The notes under the pieces were generated by a model that made no database searches, was not told the DNA's origin, and saw nothing but the letters and a program-made list of their open reading frames with translations. Of a stretch of DNA of 64,000 nt, positions 36,290-49,110 are shown one piece after another. The position numbers were made by a program, and so were the translations under genes. How positions within the stretch are numbered: the first letter of the stretch is position 1; each line of letters opens with the position of its first letter. The stretch comes from Pristiophorus japonicus (lineage: Eukaryota), in NCBI RefSeq assembly GCF_044704955.1, contig NC_091999.1, forward strand, positions 24,552,001-24,616,000. The letters are read 5' to 3'.

Positions 36290-37250
36290 ACTCCAGACAT
36301 TCTATATCTTTAAATTACTCTAGACCCTGGTTAATTATAACTGCACTCGACCATCTCTCTATTCAGATTGCCCAAGGCCCTGTCTCAGCTATTACTGCAC
36401 TCGTCTTGGGCTCTATTTTATTACTGTAGATCCTGTCTCAGTTACACTGCACTAGACATGGTCTCTGTTTTTATTATGCTAGGCTCTGTATCAGTTATCA
36501 CATTTCTAGACCCTCCGTTATAATACATTAGAACCTGTCTCAGTTACTACTGAACTAGACGCTGTCTCTGTTTATATTACCGTACCCCCTGTTTCTGTCA
36601 ATATTTCACTAGTCTCTGTCTCTCCTTATATTACACTAGACTCTGTCTCAGTTTATATTGCACTAGAAAATGTCAATGTTTCTAATACAATAGATCATGT
36701 ATTAGTTATTATTAGAGCACGATATCCTTTATTATATTATGTTAGACACTGTCACTCTTTATATTATACTATCTCCTGTCTCTTTATAATAGATTGGTAG
36801 ATTGGTCCTTTCTCTGTTTATATTACACTAGACCTTGTCTCTATTTATATTACACTAGACCCTGTCTCTATTTATATTGCACTCGAACCTGCCTCTGTTT
36901 CTATTATACTAGACCCTGTATTTTTTATATTACACTAGACACTGTCTCTGTTTATATTACACTAGAGACTGTCTCTGTTTATATTACACTAGACCCTGTA
37001 TTTTTTATACTACACTAGACCCTGTCTCTGTTTATATGACACGAGACCCTGTATTTTCTATATTACACTAGACACGGTCTCTGTTTATATTACACTAGAC
37101 CCTGTCTCTGTTTAAGTTACGCTAGACACTGTCTCTGTTTATATTACACTAGACGCTGTGTCTGTTTATTTTACACTAGACCTTGTCACTATATCCTCAC
37201 TCTGTCTATGTTACAATTGGACCTGTCTCGGTTATTACTGCACTGGACCC
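36290..37250 (+). repeat. 27-bp satellite array, forward orientation
   Basis: Period 27. Further forward arrays at ~39655-40485, 41175-41870, 43345-43563, 45301-45803, 46022-46540, 49140-49385, 52800-53103, 58086-59100 and 61200-61680. Confidence 0.95.
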
Positions 37251-39654
37251 TGGGGTATAGATGTGTCCATAGAGATCAAATCGACCAATCCGTGTGGCTG
37301 AGGGTCAGAGATCGCACTGATTTAGCTATGGCGACCAAGTCACATTGATGACGCTGCATTGTTGTGAACAATGACGTCGCCCATTGTTTACGTGTTGCTG
37401 ACGTGATGATGTCAAACAGGTAAAAACGAAATGCAATATACAGGAAGTTGCACTGATAATAAAATTTTTCTGGGATAGTGATGTCACACTGTGCCATCAA
37501 ACATTCCCAGGGCAGGTACAGCGCGAATCTATACAGAGAAAAGCTCCCTTGATTCTGTCCCATCAAACACTCCCAGCTCAGGTATAGCACGATTAGAGAA
37601 ACAGTAAACGTCCCTCAACACCGTCACATCAAACACTCCAAGGGCAGGTACAGCACGGTTTAGATAGAGAGTAAAGCTTGCTCTACACCGTCCCATCAAA
37701 CTCTCCCAGGGCAAGTACAGCACTGGTCTATACAGAGTAAAGCTCCCTCCACACTGTCCCAGCAAACACTCCCAGGGCAGATATAGCATGGGTTAGCTAC
37801 AGAGTAAAGCCCGCTCTACACTGTCCCATTAAACTCTCTCAAGGCAGGTACATCACTGGTCTATGCAGAGCAAAGCTACCTCGAAACCGTCCCATCAATC
37901 ACTTCCAGGGCAGGTACTGCACGGGGTTAGATGCAGAGTAAAGTTCCCTTTACAGAGTCCCATCAAACACTCAGGATCTTTGAGTTCACACGACATATTT
38001 TATTATAAAACTGCCTCTCCGCACACCCACCAATTTGGTTTGAAGCCTGGAAATAGACCTTAGGGAACATTTTTGTTAGACATTGACTTCTTATTGTGAG
38101 GTGAAGATAATGAGGCATTCTTTAGAGGCAAGGCAGAAGGTGTGGATAGCAGAGAGAGGCAGAGAGGGAGGGAATACAGGGAATTGTCACGAATAAATTT
38201 GAGCTGTCACTAAATACGTTGACTAGCATCTTTCCCATTCTGACTGTGGATATCATCATTGATTTGTTCACCAATACGTGAAAGAAATATCTGAAATATC
38301 AATTGTTGCTGGTATCCGTTGAGACATTAACATTTCTCTCTCTGTTTATTTCTATTCTGTATTGATGAGGAAACATTGTTTGTGTTTCTGTCGTTCAATA
38401 TTCTAATCTGGGATTTCTATTTCTGTGTTTATTTACATAAACATCTCACTGGTTTCCATGAAGTGTGTTCATGGCAGCAAAAGCAGATCCACAAAGTCAC
38501 TTACTGATTCGTTTTAACTAACAGCACGGGTTTATTTTATGAATATTGATAGGTGGTACAAAGAAATGGAAATATCTCCAGAAGTGACATCGGTTTTTGG
38601 TTTGTTCAACTAGAAGAGATGTGATTTTTATCAAAGGGAAAATATTAAAATTAAAAATTCATTTCTGAAAATTCTGCTACCAAAGTCAGTGGAACTTCTC
38701 TGAACAGATCAGTGATTCACTGGATGTCCATTTAGCGTAAGATTCCAGCCATTTAAACTAAATAAGTTAGAACAGCGACCAGAGGAATGACCCATTGCAA
38801 CGTGTATTTTAAATGTTGACATTTAGAAATAACTTTCACGACTTTCACATCCTCGGAATGTCCAAAAGCACTTTACAATGAAGTACGTTTGAAGTGTAGT
38901 CACTGTTGTAATGTAGGAAACGTGGAGTCAAATTGCGCACAGCAAGCTCCTGCAAACGTAATGTGATAATAACCACATAATCTGTTCTTTAGTGATGCTG
39001 GTTAATGGATAAATATGTGTAATGGACACCGGGTTGAACTCCCCTGCTATTTATAATAGTGCCATTCAATCTCTTACATCCAACTGTGAGGGGAGACTCA
39101 GCAGATGTAACGTCTTATCCGAAACACTGCACCACTGTCAATATAGCGCCCCCCCTTCCCCTTCGGTACTGGTACCGGGCGTGCCAGCCGAGATTATGTG
39201 CTCAGTCTCTGGAGAGGGGTTTGAACGCACAGCCTTCTCAGTCAGAGGCTAGATAGATCCCATTGTACCTGGGCTTTCGCACATCACAGCTTTATTTTTT
39301 AGATGCTGTCATTTAGTTCAGAGTGTCCAAAGTTCAGTGCCTGAGACGAGTCTTACACAGTCGGTTTAATTCCTGTGGATAATGCTCTTATCTTGCCTGG
39401 GATGATATTCTGGCACTGTTGTAAAGTGGGATTTCCATATCAAATCTTAGCAACTCCGCATCTGGGATGTTCATGAGATGCATCAGTAGAGCAGCTGGAA
39501 ACTGGGACGGTGCTCCTTAGATCCGAGAATGTTAAGGGCGATTTAATAGAGGCGATCAAAATTATGAGGAGTTTTAATCGAGTAAATAGTTATGAACCAT
39601 TTCCACTTGTAGGATGTTCAGTAACCACAAGCCAGAGATTTAAAATGTTTTACT

Positions 39655-40485
39655 TCACTAGACCCTGTCTCTGCTGAGATTAAACTAGACCCTGTCCCTG
39701 CTTACATCACACTAGACCCTGTCTCTGTGTATATTACACGAGACCCTGTCCCTGTTTACATTACACTAGACCCTGTCTCTGTTTATATTACACGAGACCC
39801 TGTCTCTCTTTATATTACACTAGGCCCTGTTTCTGTTTATATTACACGAGACCCTGTCTCTCTTTATATTACACTCGACGCTGTCTCTGTTTATATTACA
39901 CTAGACCCAGTCACTGTTTAGAATACACTCGACACTGTCTCTGATTATATTACACTAGACCCTATGTCTCTTTATATTATACTAGACATTGCCTCTGTTT
40001 ATTGTACAGCAGGCCCTGTTTCTGTTTATATTGCACTAGAACATGTCTCTGTTTATATTACACTAGACCCTGTCTCAGTTTATATTACACTAGATCCTGT
40101 CTCTGTTTACATTACACTCGACCCTGTCGCTGTTTATATTACATTGGACCCTGTCTCTGTTTACATTACACTAGACCCTGTCTCAGTTTATATTACACTA
40201 GATCCTGTCTCTGTTTATATTACACTCGACCCTGTCTCTGTTTACATTACACTAGACCCTGTCTCAGTTTATATTACACTAGATCCTGTCTCAGTTTATA
40301 TTGCACGACCCTATCTCTGTTTATATTAAACTAGACCCTGTCATTGTTTATGTTACACTCGTCCATATCTCACTTTATATTACACTGGAACCTATCTCTT
40401 TATATGTTACACTGGAGCCTATCACTGTTTATCTTGCACTAGACCCAGTCTCTATTTAAATCACTCTAGACGCTGGCTCAGTTAT
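39655..40485 (+). repeat. 27-bp satellite array (homogeneous)
   Basis: ATTACAC at 40084 and 40111. Produces spurious SVYITLDPV repeat ORFs. Confidence 0.95.
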
Positions 40486-41871
40486 TAATCTGTTGCAACT
40501 TATATCTGCTTATATTTGGCCTTAGATTTCACATGGAATATTATGGACAATTTTGGGCACCACATTTCCATAACGATGTACAGACACTAGAAAGGGTACG
40601 GAAGAGGTTTAACGTGTTGTTACCAGGGATGAGAGGCTTCAATTAGAGCGTTCAAAAGTTAGAACTTTTCTCCTTGTAACAGAGAAGTTTAATTAGCGAC
40701 CTAATAGATGTCTTCAACATGCTAACTTGTTTTTATAATGTAGAGGAGATATAAGGGGACATGTCTTCACCGAGAGGGTGGTGGGTGTCTGAAACGCACT
40801 GCATGAAATATTGATTGAGGCAGGAATCCTCACCATATTTAAACGATACTTGGATGTTCAATTAACGTGTCGTAACCTACAGGCTACAGAACATGAGCTC
40901 GAAAGTGGGATTAGGCAGGATAGCTCTTGGTCGGCTGGCGCTGTACAAAGGACTGAAATGGCTTCCTTCCGTACTGTAAATTTCTAAGATTCTATGATAT
41001 AGTGTATCGGCTCTCACTAAGCAAAGGTCCTATATTTAAAAGCATTAGCAAAAGATCTAGAGCGGAGAAGAGCAGAATTTGTTTTCACTCAGAGCCAGCA
41101 GAGGCGTGATGGAACGAATGGCTTTCTTTATGCCATAATTGTCTGTGACACTATGAAATCACAGCAGATTGTTTCTCAGTTATTACTCCACTACACTATG
41201 TCTCTGTTTATATTACACTAGACCCTGTCACTATTAATATTACATTAGCCCTCTCTCTGTTTATATCACACTCGATACTGTCACTGTTTATATTGCACCA
41301 GACGCTGGCTCTGTTTATATTGCACTATACCCTATCTCTGTTTATATTACACTAGACCCTGTCTCTGCTTATTCTACACTAGACCCTCTCTCTGTATATA
41401 ATATACTAGACCCTAACTCTATTTATATATCATGTCTCTGTATACATTACATTAGACCCTATCTCTGTTTATATTACACTAGACCGTGTCTCTATTTATA
41501 ACAGACTAGACCATGTCTCTGTTTATATTACACTAGACCGTGTCTCTATTTATATCAGGCTAGACCATGTCTCTGTTTATATTATCCTAAACCATGTCTC
41601 GTTATATATTACACTAGACCCTGTCTCTATTTATATTACACTAGACTCTGTATCTGTTATATTAGACGAGACCATCTGTCTTTATATATTACACGAGACC
41701 CTGTCTCTGTTTATTATACACCAGATCCTGTCTGTGTTTATATTGCACTAGATCCTGTCTCGGTTTATATTACACTGGACCCTGTTTCTGTTTATATTAC
41801 ACGAGACATTGTCACCGTTTAATTTACCCAATACGCTATCTCTGTTTTAATTACACGAGATCCTGTCCCGA

Positions 41872-43300
41872 TTTTATAAAGGAGAAATGCAAAAATTGGA
41901 AACTATAGACAAGTTAGCCTAACATCTGTCGTTGGGAAAATGCTGGACTCCATTATTAAGGAAGCAGTAGCGGGATATTTGGATATGCATAATTAAATCA
42001 AGCAAAGGTTTTATTAAAAAGAACTCATGTTTGACAAATTTGCTTGTGTTTGTTGAGGATGTAACGATCAGGGTGGATAATGGAGAACCAGTGGATGTGG
42101 TATATGTGGATTTCCAATCGATTAGGTGCCACACAAAAGGTCCCTGCACAAGATAAAAGTTCACGGGGTTGGGGCTAATGTATTAGCATGGATAGAGCTT
42201 TGGCTAACTGACAGAAAACAGAGAGTCGGGATAAATGTGTCATTTTCCGGTTGGCAAACAGTGACTAGTGTGGTGCCGCAAGGATCGGTGCTGTGTCCTC
42301 AAATTTTACAATCTATGTTAATGACATGGATGAAGGGACAGCGTGTAATGTAGCCAAGTTTGCTGATGATAAAAAGATTGGCAGAAAGCAAATTGTGAGG
42401 AGGACACAAAATAGCTGCAAAGGGACATAGACAGGCTAAATGAGTGTGCAAAAATTTGGCAGATGGAGTATAATGTGGGAAAATGTGAGGTTATCCACTT
42501 TGGCAGAAAAAGTAGAAAAGCAAATTTGAATTTAAATGGAGAAAAATTGCAAAGTGCTGCAAGACAGAGAGACCTGTATGTCCTTGTGCATGAAACACAA
42601 AAAGTTAGTTTGCAGGTGCTACAATTAATCAGGAAGGCAAATGGAATTCTTGCCTTTATTGCAAGGGGGATAAAGTATAAAAGCAAAGAAGGCTCGTACG
42701 TGGTATTGCTGAGGCCACACCTGGTGCACTGCGTACATTTTTGGTCTCCATATTTAAGAAAGGATATACGTGCATTGGAGGCTGTTGAGAGAAGGCTCAC
42801 TAATTTGATTCCGGACATGAGGGGGATGAATTATGAAGATAAGTTGACTATATTGGACCTATACGTATTGGGGTTAAGAACAATGAGAGGGGATCTTATG
42901 GAAACGTATAAGGTAATGTGGGGCTCGCAAGGTGGATGCCAAGAGTATATTTGCACTCATCAGGGAAAATAAAACTTGGGGACATAGTCCTAGAATAAGG
43001 AGCTGCCCATTTTAAACTGAGATGAGGAGGAATTTCTTCCCTCAGAGGATTGTAAATCTGTGGAATTCGCTGTCCTAGCGAGCTGTGGAGGCCGGGTCAT
43101 TGAATACATTGAATACATTTAAGGCGGATATACACATATTTTTGAGCGATAAGGGAATGAATGGGAGCGGGCAGGGAAATAGAGCTCAGTCTATGATCAG
43201 ATCAGCTATGATGTCGTTAAATGATGGAGCAGGCTCGAAGGGCCAGCTAGCCTGAACCTGCTCCTATTTCTTATGTGCTTATGTTCCTACGATTCTATGA
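41872..43300 (+). mobile_element. 5'-truncated CR1 LINE (RT to 3' tail) inserted in satellite
   Basis: GNYRQVSLTSVVGKML, VPQGSVL, KFADD and KCEVIHFG remnants plus TTCTTATG tail. Confidence 0.9.
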
Positions 43301-43569
43301 AAATGTTTATACTGGCAGGAGGGCCATTATCTAGAGGGCACAGCTATTACTGCACAAGACCATGTATCAGTTAATATTACACTAGGCACTGTCTCTGTTT
43401 ATATTGCATGAGGCCATATCTCTCCTTATATTATACTAGATCCTCTCTCGGTTTAAGTTATTTTGACCTGCCTCTGTTTCTATTAAACTCGATCCTGTCT
43501 CTGTTTATCTTGCAGTAGATCCTGTCTCTGCTTATATTACACCATGTCTCTGTTTATATTACATGGGGC

Positions 43570-45299
43570 CCTTCACAGTGGAAGACACAAAAATCACAGT
43601 GGAAGACACAAAAACCACCCCAAAAATTGCTGGTCACGGGAATGTGGGAAGGGAGGACCTTGCGACAATCACTATCATAAGGGGAGTAGTGCTGGACAGG
43701 CTAATGGATCTCAAGGTAGACAAGTCCACTGGTCCTGATGAAATATATCCCAGGGTATTAAAAGAGATGGCGGATGTTATAGCAGATGCATTCGTTAAAA
43801 TCTACCAAAATTCTCTGGACTATGGGGAGGTACCATCGGATTTGGAAGCAGCTAATGTAACGCTTCTGTTTTAAAAAGGGGGCAGACAAAAGGCAGGTAA
43901 CTATAGGCCGGTTAGTTTAACATCTGTAGTGGGGAAAATGCTTGAAGCTAAAATTAAGGAAGAAATAGCGGGACATCTAGATAGGAATAGTGCAATCAAG
44001 CAGACGCAACATGGATTCAGGAAGAGGAAATGAAGTTTAACTAATTTACTGGAATTCTTTGAGGATATAACGAGCATGGTGGATAGAGGTGTACCGATGG
44101 ATGTGGTGTATTTACATTTCCAAAAGGCATTCGATAAGGTACCACACAAAAGGTTACTGCAGAAGATAATGGTAGACAGAGTCAGAGGAAATGTATTTGC
44201 ATGGATTGAGAATTGGCTGGCTGGCAGAAAGCAGAGAGTCGGGATAAATGGATCCTTTTTGGGTTGGAAATCGATGGTTAGTGTTGTGCCACAGGATCGG
44301 TGCTGCGACAACAACTGTGTACAATATACATAGATGACCTGAAAAAGGGGACAGACTGTAGTGTAACAACATTTGCAGATGACACAAAGATTAGTAGGAA
44401 AGCGGGTTGTGTATAGGACACAGAGATACTGCAAAGAGATTTAGATAGGTTAAGCAAATGGGCTCAGGTTTGGCAGATGGATTACAATGTCGGAAAATGT
44501 GAGGTCATCCACCTTGAAAAAAAAACAGTAAAAGGGAATATTATTTGAAAGGGGAGAAATTACAACATGCTGCGGTGCAGAGGGACCTGGGGGTCCTTGT
44601 GCATGAATCCCAAAAAGTTAGTTTGCATTTGCAGTAGCATTCAGGAAGGCGAATGGAATGTTGGCCTTCATTGCGAGAGGGATGGAGTACAAAAGCAGGG
44701 AGGTCCTGCTGAAACTTAACAGGGTATTGGTGAGGCCGCACCTGGAGTACTGCATGCAGTTTTGGTCACCTTACTTAAGGAAGGATATACTAGCTTTGGA
44801 GGGTTACAGAGACGATTCACTAGGCTGATTTCGGAGATGAGGGGGTTACCTTATGAAGATAGATTGAGTAGACTGCGTCTTTACTCATTGGAGTTCAGAA
44901 GGATGAGTGGTGATCTTATAGAAACATTTAAAATAATGAAAGTGATAGACAAGATAGAGGCAGAGAGGTTGTTTCCACTGGTCGGGGGGACCAGAACTAG
45001 GGGGCACAGCCTCAAAATACAGGGGAGCCAATTTCAAACCGAGTTGAGAAGGAATTTCTTCTCCAAGAGGGTTGTGAATCTGTGGAATTCTCGACCCAGG
45101 GAAGCAGTTGAGGCTAGCTCATTGAATGTATACAAGTCACAGATAGATTTTTAACCAATAAGGGAATTAATAGTTATGGGGAGCGGGCGGGTAAGTGGAG
45201 CTGAGTCCACGGCCAAATCAGCCATGATCTTGTTGAGTGGCTGAGCAGGCTCGAGGGGCTTTATGGCCTACTCCTGTTCCTAATTCTTATGTTCTTATG
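43570..45299 (+). mobile_element. 5'-truncated CR1 LINE inserted in satellite
   Basis: KSTGPDEIYPRVLKE, DVVYLHFQKAFDKVPH and YSLEFRRMSGDLIETFKI remnants plus (TTCTTATG)n tail. Confidence 0.92.
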
Positions 45300-47529
45300 A
45301 ACACTACACCCTGTCTCTGTTTATGTTACACTAGGCCCTGTCTCTGTTTACAGTACACTCGACCATGTCCCTGTTCATATTACACTCGAATCTGTCTCTG
45401 CTTATATTAAATTAGACCCTGTCTTTGGTTAAAGGCCTCTAGGCCCTGACTCAGTTATCATTCTGCTTACCCATGTTTCCCTTTACATTACATTCAATGG
45501 TATCTCTGTCTATATAATGTACGGCCCTGTCTTATTTATTCCTGCACTAGATCCTGCCTTTTTTTATATATTACTCTAGCCCATGTCTCTGTTTATATTA
45601 CATTAGACCCTGTCTATGTTTATATATTAGACTAGACCTGTCTCTATTTATATTACACTAGGCCCTGCCTATATTTATATTACACAGACCCTGTCTCTGT
45701 TTATATTGCACTCGACCCTCTTGCTTTTTAAATTACAGTGGACGTTGTCACTGTTTATATCATACCAGACGCTGTTACTGTTTATATTGCACTAGATCCT
45801 GTCCCCAACTAAAAAAGCAGTAAACTATAGGCGAGTTTGTCTAAAATCTGTCGTTGGGAAAATGCTGGAGTCTAAGTATCAGTACCGGGACAATTACAAA
45901 AGCATAATTCAATCAGACAGTGTCTGCATGGTTTTATGAAAGGGAAATCATGTTTGACAAATTTGATGGATTTCTTTAAGTAAGGATGCAACGCGCAGGG
46001 TGGATGAAGTAGATTGGTAGATTGGCCCTGTCTCTGTTTATATTACACTAGACCACGTCTCTGTTTATATTACACGAGACCCTGTCCCTGTTTATATTAC
46101 ACTCGACCCTGTTGCTGTTTAAATTACACTAGGCCATGTATCTGTTTATATTACACTCGATCCTGTCTCGGTTTATAATACAATAGACCCTGTCTCAGTT
46201 TATATTACAGTAGACCCTGCCTCAGTTTATTTTGCACTAGACCCTGTCCCTGTTTACGTTATGTTAGGCCTGTCTCTCTTTATGTTCTACTAGACCTTGT
46301 CTATTTTCATATTACACTAGACCCTGTCTTTGTTTAAATTACACTAGACCCTGGCCCTGTTTATATTGCACTCGACCCTGTCTCTGTTTATATCACTCAA
46401 GGCCCTGTCCCTGTTTATATTACACTAGACCCTGCTGCTGTTTACATTAAACTAGGCTCTGTCCCTGCTTATATTATATTATACTTTGTCTCTCTTTATA
46501 TTGCACTAGACCCTGTCTATGTAATATTACACTAGACTCTGTGAGGATGCAATACTTTTTTTGGTTTGAAGTATATGTTTAGTTTTTTTAACAGCTATCA
46601 AGAGCTGTCTGCAATTTCTGCTTGATTTGGTATTGTTTCGTTAATATTTGTGTTGAGAAGATGTGGTGAATTTTGTAACAATGTCCAAGAGGTGGACTGG
46701 GATTGAGGGACAGGAGTGAATGTGTGCAATAGTGCACTGCACTTTGTACTACTTAGTGGCAATCTGTGTGTTAAAGGTTACTAATTTGCACGTGTGTTGT
46801 CCTGTGCCAATTACTCCAAGTTCTTTAATGTTAAGGATTGTTTTTCCTGCAGTATTTGCTAGTTCGCTGTCACGTGACCCATTGATTATGTCAGACAGAG
46901 CCTGGAAACTTGACCGAACAGCACCGCCGGATGGGCGGCCGCGTGGTCCTAATATCCACCTGAAAAAATGTTCTCATCTCGTTAAGATGAACAACTGAAA
47001 AGAGCACACACGAAGTTTTTCCGATATGTGTATGTGTATGTGTATGTGTGTGTGTACAAAACACATCATTCATTATGTGTGCATTACACAAAGATAAATG
47101 ATTAGCTTCAACCATTATTTTTAAGCATTTTATTGTATTCAAAATGCAATTGCATGTCGTTTAATAACTTTAAAATTTATTGATAACCCATTGTCCTGTA
47201 TGCTCTTGTATAGGAAGTGATGTCGCACTGACCATTCCGTTACCAAGGTGAGCATGTCTGTCGTTGTATTCAGTGGGAAAGGCGATTGAATCCCACCGAG
47301 TATAATCAGCAGCCCCCCGCTTTATTGTCTAGTGATAAACTCACCGTCACACAGAAGTTCCTGAGATTTATCTCCACTGTGGATGATTAGTGTAAGTGTT
47401 GGTAAAAATGAAAATGCACCTGTACCTGACATGAGGTTAATAAATCTGTAATTGTCTGATGTGTTGTTTCTCTCGTTACACCAGACCCCGTCGCAGTTTT
47501 TACTGCACCAATACCCAGTCTCAGTTTAT

Positions 47530-48636
47530 ATGGTTGATGTGGTCCACTTCGAAAAGGCGTTAGATAAAGTGTCTTGATAATATCCTTGCCGGCAAAGTTG
47601 AAGCCCATAAAATAAAAAGAACAGTGGCAGCATGGATATGAAATTGGCTGAGTGACAGAAATCAGAGAGTAGTGTTTTTATTTGGACTGGAGGAAGGTAC
47701 ACAGTGGTGTTCCGCAGCGGTAGGTAATTGGAACTCTGCTTATCTTGATTTATATTCATGGCGTAGATGTTGGTGTACGGGGCACAATTTAAAATGTTCA
47801 TATCATTCATGGCTTGGAAGCATAGTGAACAGTGAGGAGGATAGTGCTGACTGCAAGAGGACATAGATATTCTGGTGGAATGGGTGGACACGTGGCAAAT
47901 GAAACGGAGAACATTTTCAAGTGATACATTTTTGTAGCATGAACGCGGAGAGGGAAAATAAACGAAAGAGTACAATTCTAAAAGGTGTGATGAACAGAGA
48001 AACCTGGGGGTATGTTTGCACAAATTATCGAAGATGGCAGGAAAGGTTGAGAAATTGTTTTAAAAGCATACGGAATCCTGGGCTTCATAAATAGAGTCAT
48101 AGAATACAAAAGGAAGGAAATTATGATGAACATGTATAAAACATTGGTTAGGCCTCAACTGGAGTATTGTGTCCAATTCTGGACACCACACTTTAGCAAG
48201 GATGTGAAGCTCTTCCAGAGGGGGCAGAAAGGATTTACGTGTTGTTCCAGGGATAAGACACTTCAGTTTTGTGGATATACTGGAGAAGCTGGGATTGTTT
48301 GCCCTAGAGCAGAGAAGTTTGAGATCAGATTTGAGAGAGGTGTTCAGAATCATAAGGGGTCGAGACAGAGTAGCTGGAGAGAAACTGTTCCCATGAGGAA
48401 AACGTTTTTACACAGCTAGAGGTTAGGATCTGTAATGCACTGCCTGAAAGGATGGAAGAGGCTGAGTCATTCATGGCATTACAAAGGGAATTCGATAAGT
48501 ACCTCAATTAAGAAAATTCACAGGGCTTTTGGGAAAGGGCGGGCGAGTGGACTAGCTGAAATACTCTTGCAGAGAGCGGCACGGGCTATATGGGCCAACT
48601 GGCCCTCTTCTGTGCTGTAACCATTCTATGATTCTA
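47530..48636 (+). mobile_element. Old CR1 fragment (paralogous copy at 63295-64000)
   Basis: YKTLVRPQLEYCVQFW remnant and ATTCTATG tail. Confidence 0.85.
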
Positions 48637-48709
48637 TAATACACCAGAACCTGTCTCAGTTATTATTACACTAGACCCTATTCCTGTTTATATTACTCAA
48701 TTCACCACG

Positions 48710-49110
48710 TTAAATATTCACTACCTCCACCACCGGCGCACTATGTCTGCAGTGAGTACTATCTACAAGATGCATTGCAGCGACTCGCCAAGACTTCTTC
48801 GACAGCACTTTCCAAACCTACGACCTCTTCCACCGAGAAGGACAAGGGCTCCGGGCTCATGGGAGCACCATACCCTCCACATAACCCTCCAAATCACACA
48901 CCATCTTAACTTGGAAAGTTATTACCGATCCTTCATAATCGCTGGGTCAATTTCGTGGAACACCCTCCCTAACACTGTGGGAGTACCTTCACCACACGGG
49001 CTGCAGCCGTTCAAGATGGCAGTTCACCACCTGCTTTTCAAAGCCAATTAGGGATAGACAATCAATGTTGGCCTTGCCAGCGACACCCACACGCACATGC
49101 CAGCAACCAA
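48710..49110 (+). mobile_element. 3' end of a second LINE family
   Basis: HxLHHRRT.SAV..IYKMHC and RSFIIAGSISWNTLP, typical of a non-LTR ORF2 C-terminus. Confidence 0.6.

Noticed and set aside
37487-37493. CACTGTG as an orphan RSS
   Set aside because: A variant of the 67-bp repeat's CACTGTC, with no nonamer in register.
39727-40334. SVYITLDPV repeat protein or CRISPR-like array
   Set aside because: 27-bp tandem satellite with no unique spacers, in a vertebrate context.
46937-46955. tRNA-Arg-like 5' end (GGCCGCGTGGTCCTAAT)
   Set aside because: No anticodon or T arm and no B box follow, and it is not conserved in the paralogous copy.
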